The position numbers and the translations under genes were made by a program. From positions 800,001 through 864,000 of the forward strand of contig CAWBWI010000006.1 in assembly GCA_963792585.1 (NCBI GenBank): DNA of 64,000 bases, read 5' to 3'. Shown in pieces: positions 59,971 to 64,000 of the stretch. Positions within the stretch are counted from its first letter, which is position 1. Every line of letters starts with the position of its first letter. The DNA comes from Candidatus Eiseniibacteriota bacterium (GTDB lineage: Bacteria; Eisenbacteria; RBG-16-71-46; CAIMUX01; VGJL01). The notes beneath the pieces are model-generated. The model saw only the letters and a list, made by a program, of their open reading frames with translations. It was not told where the DNA came from and did no database searches.

Positions 59971-61623
59971 TTGGTTCCGCGCCTCATGGGGTTGGAGTCG
60001 GAGTACGCCCTCGCCGGCCATGGACCGGCGAGGGATTCCGCGGGCCCGGACGCGTTGCTCTCCCTGCTGCAGGAAACCGCCAGAAATCGGCTGCTGCATC
60101 TTTCCGGCATGCGGGACGCCGGGATCTTTCTGGCCAACGGATCGCGGTTCTACATCGACGCCGGCGGACACCCTGAGATGTGTTCTCCCGAGTGCACCAA
60201 CCCTTGGGATCTCGTTCGTTACTGCTTTGCAAATGAGCGCACGCTCTCCGGACTGCTCGACGCCATGCGTGGCTCCCTGCCGCCCGGCGCCGACCTCGCC
60301 CTGTACAAGTGCAACGTCGACTACGGCGGGACCCGCGCGACCTGGGGATGCCACGAGAGCTATCTCCACCGGATGGACCCCTGCCCGCTCCATGAGCAAC
60401 TGATCCCCCACCTCGTCTCGCGTGTCATCTATGCGGGGGCCGGAGGTTTCGACTCGACCTCTTCGGGTCTGACATTCCTGCTGTCGCCGCGCGCCGCCCA
60501 CATCTTCCGCGTCTCCTCGGATCAATCGACCGGGGACCGCGGGATCATTCACACGAAGGACGAATCCCTGACGAACCGCCGCTATCACCGCCTCCATCTG
60601 ATCCTGGGGGAGAGCCTCTGCTCCGAGACCGCGCTGTGGCTGAAGTTCGGGGTGACAGCGCTGATCGTCGGCATGGTCGAAGGAGGGCTCCTCCCGGGGC
60701 GCGACGTCGAACTCGCCGATCCGCTGGCCGCGTTCCGAACCTTCGCCGGGGATCCCACGTGCCGGGCGACCGCCCCATCCCGCGACGGGCGCCGGCTGAG
60801 CGCCCTCGCGATCCAGCGTGTCTACCTCGCGTATGCGGAATCGCACCTGGGCGCCGCGTTCATGCCCGAATGGACGGAACGTGTCTGCGCCGCGTGGCGG
60901 GGCTGCCTGGATCGCCTCGAGGGGGCCCCGACCTCGGTCGCAACCACCCTCGACTGGGCGATCAAGTACGCCCTCTTCACCGCCCACCTCCACCGTCAGG
61001 GAACGAGCTGGGAAGCAATGCTTTGCTGGACGGAGGTGATCGACGAGATCTATCGCTGCGCCCGGTTGGGTGGCATGACGGAGCGGCCCGTCACACTGGA
61101 GAAGCTGATCGGTCCCCGGGGGCCGATGCGCATGACCGCGGTCGGCCTCTCGCCGCTCCTGCGCGAACACGGCGAGGCCTGGGACCGGCTACCCCGTTTC
61201 CAGCAGGTGCGGCGCGAGCTGTTCGAGCTGGATGTGCGCTTCGGAGAGATCGGAATGCGCGGGCTCTTCAGTCGGATGGATCGCGCCGGCCTCCTATCGC
61301 ACAAAGTCGAAGGGGTGGAGCCGATCGATCCGGCCACCTCCGTTCCCCCGGCGGAGGGGCGGGCCCACCTGCGCGGAGAGTGGATCCGCCATCTCGCGAG
61401 CGCCCGCAAGCGGGCACAGTGCGACTGGGAGTCGGTCATGGACTATGAGCGCGGCCGGGTCCTCGATCTCGGCGACCCCTTCGCGACGGAGGAGACATGG
61501 ATGGACTTCCCGGAGTACGAGCGCAATGCGATGGGTCCGTCGGGATTCGGGCTCGCGGAGGACTCCCTCCGAATCCGGCGCATCCTCCTCCGTCGTCACC
61601 TGGCCGGCACGGAGGAGGGCTGA
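59971..61623 (+). CDS. pafA: Pup ligase/deamidase family protein, PafA-like ligase
   Basis: RLMGLESEY, FLANGSRFYIDAGGHPE..SPEC, LYKCNVD..WGCHESY, SPRA.HI, RLHLILG, LDWAIK, RAHLRG, DW..V..DPF; TTG start 9 nt after a GGAGG. Confidence 0.82.
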   Translation: MVPRLMGLESEYALAGHGPARDSAGPDALLSLLQETARNRLLHLSGMRDAGIFLANGSRFYIDAGGHPEMCSPECTNPWDLVRYCFANERTLSGLLDAMRGSLPPGADLALYKCNVDYGGTRATWGCHESYLHRMDPCPLHEQLIPHLVSRVIYAGAGGFDSTSSGLTFLLSPRAAHIFRVSSDQSTGDRGIIHTKDESLTNRRYHRLHLILGESLCSETALWLKFGVTALIVGMVEGGLLPGRDVELADPLAAFRTFAGDPTCRATAPSRDGRRLSALAIQRVYLAYAESHLGAAFMPEWTERVCAAWRGCLDRLEGAPTSVATTLDWAIKYALFTAHLHRQGTSWEAMLCWTEVIDEIYRCARLGGMTERPVTLEKLIGPRGPMRMTAVGLSPLLREHGEAWDRLPRFQQVRRELFELDVRFGEIGMRGLFSRMDRAGLLSHKVEGVEPIDPATSVPPAEGRAHLRGEWIRHLASARKRAQCDWESVMDYERGRVLDLGDPFATEETWMDFPEYERNAMGPSGFGLAEDSLRIRRILLRRHLAGTEEG

Positions 61624-61804
61624 AGGCGGCGGAGGACGCAAGCCCGCGCCGCGCAGCTGCGCTTGCCGTTCGACTGAGTCTGTAAGACGCAGGTAAGAGG
61701 CGCCTGGGATCTTCCTCTCATCCACCCGACATCGGTTCCGTCACGCGCTCGGACGAGGGCGGAGAAGGGACCGGAGCCGTCGGGAGGAGAAAAGGAGGTC
61801 CAAG

Positions 61805-63343
61805 ATGACCACCCATGGGGCACTCGATCGGTTCTCCAGGTCCGACTCGCCCTCGAATCGAACCGCGGGATGGATGGCAGCGGCCGCGACGGCGGCGAGC
61901 GCACTTCTGCTGCTCGCTGCGATCGTGGGTGTCGCACAAGCCCGGATCTGTCTCTCGAACATGAAGATCAACAATGCGTCTCCGGTCCTGATCCACTGCG
62001 GGGACACGGTGAATCTCGACTGCTCCGTCGACTACGAGATCGACAACGAGACGATGAGCGCGGGCCCCTGCATCAATGTTGCCGCGCCCGCCGACCTCAC
62101 GGCGCAAATCTGGGACGACGACGGGTGGTTTGGACACGAATGGTACAAGTCATGGATGGTCACCATTCCGGATGACCCCCCGTCGGGGACGGTCAACTTC
62201 ACCATTCCGTTGGACTGCACCAGCGCACCCGAGTGCGAGGACTGCAAGATCCTGGGGGACGAAAACGAGGCCGAGGTCTTCCTAGCCTTCTGGAATGAGC
62301 TGAGTTGTCCGGGTTCCGCGGTCACGATCGCCCGCTGCATCTGCGGCAATTGCGGCCACCGGACCTCCCTGGGAGACGGCGGCGGCGTGCGGGGCACGGT
62401 GGCGACGTTCGACTGGAACACCGACGCGCCATTCCAGGCGGTGATGGGCTTCAGCGGCGCGATTCGGTTCGACCCGAACGCCTACCAGTACTCATCGCTG
62501 GTATTCACCGATCCCTTCGTCCAAGCCCACGCGCAGGTGACTCCGACCGCGACCGGCGTCGCATTCCAGGCTCATTTCCCGGCCCCGTACGACCTGCTGG
62601 TCGGCTCCTTCGGGCAACTGGATCTCGGAATCCTGCCGAACGCCCCGCTGGCGGAGACTTGGATCGCGTTCGATCCTCAGACGGTCTTCTTGGATCAGGC
62701 CGGGCAGTCGATTCCTTGCTGCAAGGTGGATGGAGTCGGACGCACCCTTCCGGTCGACCAAACCGCTCCGCAGATCATCGCGCCCCTCGTGACCTTCGAT
62801 TCCTGCACGCTGATGGGGCGGCCGGGAAGCATCGTGGATGAATACCTTGGGCTCGTTCCCAACTACGTCACGGTGGATGCGTACATGGGCAACGAGTATC
62901 TCGGATTTCGGGATGTCGATCCGGACGGGAGTTTTTCCTTCCCGAATCTCACGCTTCCGGCGGGATCGGTGATTCAATTCTTCGCGCACGACCGCAACGG
63001 AAACACGGGGCAGACCCAGTTCGGCCCGGCCGGGTCCTGCACCGCGACCGTCGATGAACCGTCTCTCGAGGCCGGCGGGATTCGGCTCGCGCCGAATCCG
63101 TTGCGTGATCGAGGGGTCATCACCTTCCATATCCCCGAAGCGGGCTCCGGGACGCTGGAGGTCCTGGACGCCGCCGGCCGCTCGGTGCGACGGATGGATC
63201 TGCCCGCACTCCGCGCGGGAACGCAGGAACTCCCGTGGGACGGCCGGGACGATCGTGGGGAGCTGCTTCCGTCGGGCATCTACTACTATCGTGTGCGGAC
63301 GGCCGATCGGCTGTTCCGTGGAAGCCTCGCGGTCATTCACTGA
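61805..63343 (+). CDS. Secreted Cys-rich protein with a cohesin-like/Ig region and FlgD-Ig C-terminal domain
   Basis: AAGGAGG RBS; signal peptide ending AQA; PNP..WDGRDD.G..LPSGIYYY. Confidence 0.8.
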   Translation: MTTHGALDRFSRSDSPSNRTAGWMAAAATAASALLLLAAIVGVAQARICLSNMKINNASPVLIHCGDTVNLDCSVDYEIDNETMSAGPCINVAAPADLTAQIWDDDGWFGHEWYKSWMVTIPDDPPSGTVNFTIPLDCTSAPECEDCKILGDENEAEVFLAFWNELSCPGSAVTIARCICGNCGHRTSLGDGGGVRGTVATFDWNTDAPFQAVMGFSGAIRFDPNAYQYSSLVFTDPFVQAHAQVTPTATGVAFQAHFPAPYDLLVGSFGQLDLGILPNAPLAETWIAFDPQTVFLDQAGQSIPCCKVDGVGRTLPVDQTAPQIIAPLVTFDSCTLMGRPGSIVDEYLGLVPNYVTVDAYMGNEYLGFRDVDPDGSFSFPNLTLPAGSVIQFFAHDRNGNTGQTQFGPAGSCTATVDEPSLEAGGIRLAPNPLRDRGVITFHIPEAGSGTLEVLDAAGRSVRRMDLPALRAGTQELPWDGRDDRGELLPSGIYYYRVRTADRLFRGSLAVIH

Positions 63344-63460
63344 TCCGGGGGCGGGTTCACCAGTCGGGTCCCGGTGATCGCGGCGTGCGATCGCCGGGAC
63401 TTGACGCTATCCTGAGATCCACCCCCAGCCGATAGGGTGCCGCCGACCAGGGAGGACCTC

Positions 63461-63844
63461 GTGAACCGGGAACCGATCGACCCCGCCGGGCTCGCCACGC
63501 TCGCCACGATCGAGCGGTTCAACGCGGCATTCAACCTTCACGACGTACCGGCCATCATGGCGCTGATGACGGATGACTGTGTCTTCGAGAGCACGCGTCC
63601 GACGCCGGATGGACAGAAGGTCGCCGGCCGGGTCGCAGTGCGGCAATTCTGGGAGGAGTTCTTCGGTCGATCGCCCCATGCGAGATTCGAGACCGAAGAG
63701 GCGTTCGCGACCGGGGATCGCGCCGTCGTCCGTTGGGTCTACCACTGGGTACGGGATGGCGTTCCAGGACATGTCCGCGGAATCGATCTCTTCCGCGTCC
63801 GGGACGGTAAAGTGGCCGAGAAGATGTCGTACGTGAAAGGGTGA
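63461..63844 (+). CDS. SnoaL/NTF2-like protein
   Basis: GGAGG RBS before GTG 63461; FN.AFN.HD.....ALMTDDCVF, G.D.F.VRDGKV.EK.SY. Confidence 0.88.
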   Translation: MNREPIDPAGLATLATIERFNAAFNLHDVPAIMALMTDDCVFESTRPTPDGQKVAGRVAVRQFWEEFFGRSPHARFETEEAFATGDRAVVRWVYHWVRDGVPGHVRGIDLFRVRDGKVAEKMSYVKG

Positions 63845-64000
63845 TCGCCGGATCCGATCCGCGCGTCCATGATTCTCGGAGTGGACCCTGATCGCCGGCG
63901 GATCCCGACGCTCCCGGCCCTAAGGCCGTCCCGTCACTCGAGGATTCGCCATTCCACACGCGACGGATCGCTCCGTCCGATTCTCTTGAGTTCATCGAGC

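Noticed and set aside
48560..61800. The cluster as a defined mobile element
   Set aside because: No integrase, transposase, tRNA target or flanking direct repeats were seen; only a local GC dip at the left side.

Overview
GC-rich bacterial genomic window. Four secreted proteins end in a FlgD-Ig/T9SS-type C-terminal domain and two are gingipain-like C25 proteases, which suggests an FCB-related candidate lineage such as Eisenbacteria, Krumholzibacteriota or Latescibacterota (inference only). Positions 1-48 kb are mostly metabolic and proteolytic genes: a sugar ABC transporter with a GH38 mannosidase, patatin, S9, S41/tricorn, an M16 pair, C25 peptidases, cimA with an acyltransferase, adenylating ligase and ACP, a DRG-type GTPase, purN, a YtrA-type regulator, trpB2, a DMT transporter and a flippase. 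Several genes in the first 31 kb carry frameshifts that look like long-read indel errors. The standout is an intact, co-directional, largely translationally coupled cluster at about 51.1-61.6 kb that joins two normally unrelated protein-tagging systems. One is a ubiquitin-type cascade: FHA-like/RING E3 candidate, ThiF/E1, UBC-type E2 (HPN..C), a tandem YbjN-like protein, a Ubl ending GG-C, and a JAB/MPN+ protease. The other is a pupylation module: ARC/Mpa-type AAA ATPase, Dop, a Pup-like protein ending GGQ, and PafA. No 20S proteasome subunit genes are in the window, and the ATPase lacks a terminal HbYX/GQYL tail. A winged-helix regulator, a palindromic site and two orphan genes in a lower-GC segment lie upstream. 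No rRNA, tRNA, CRISPR array or transposase was recognised.
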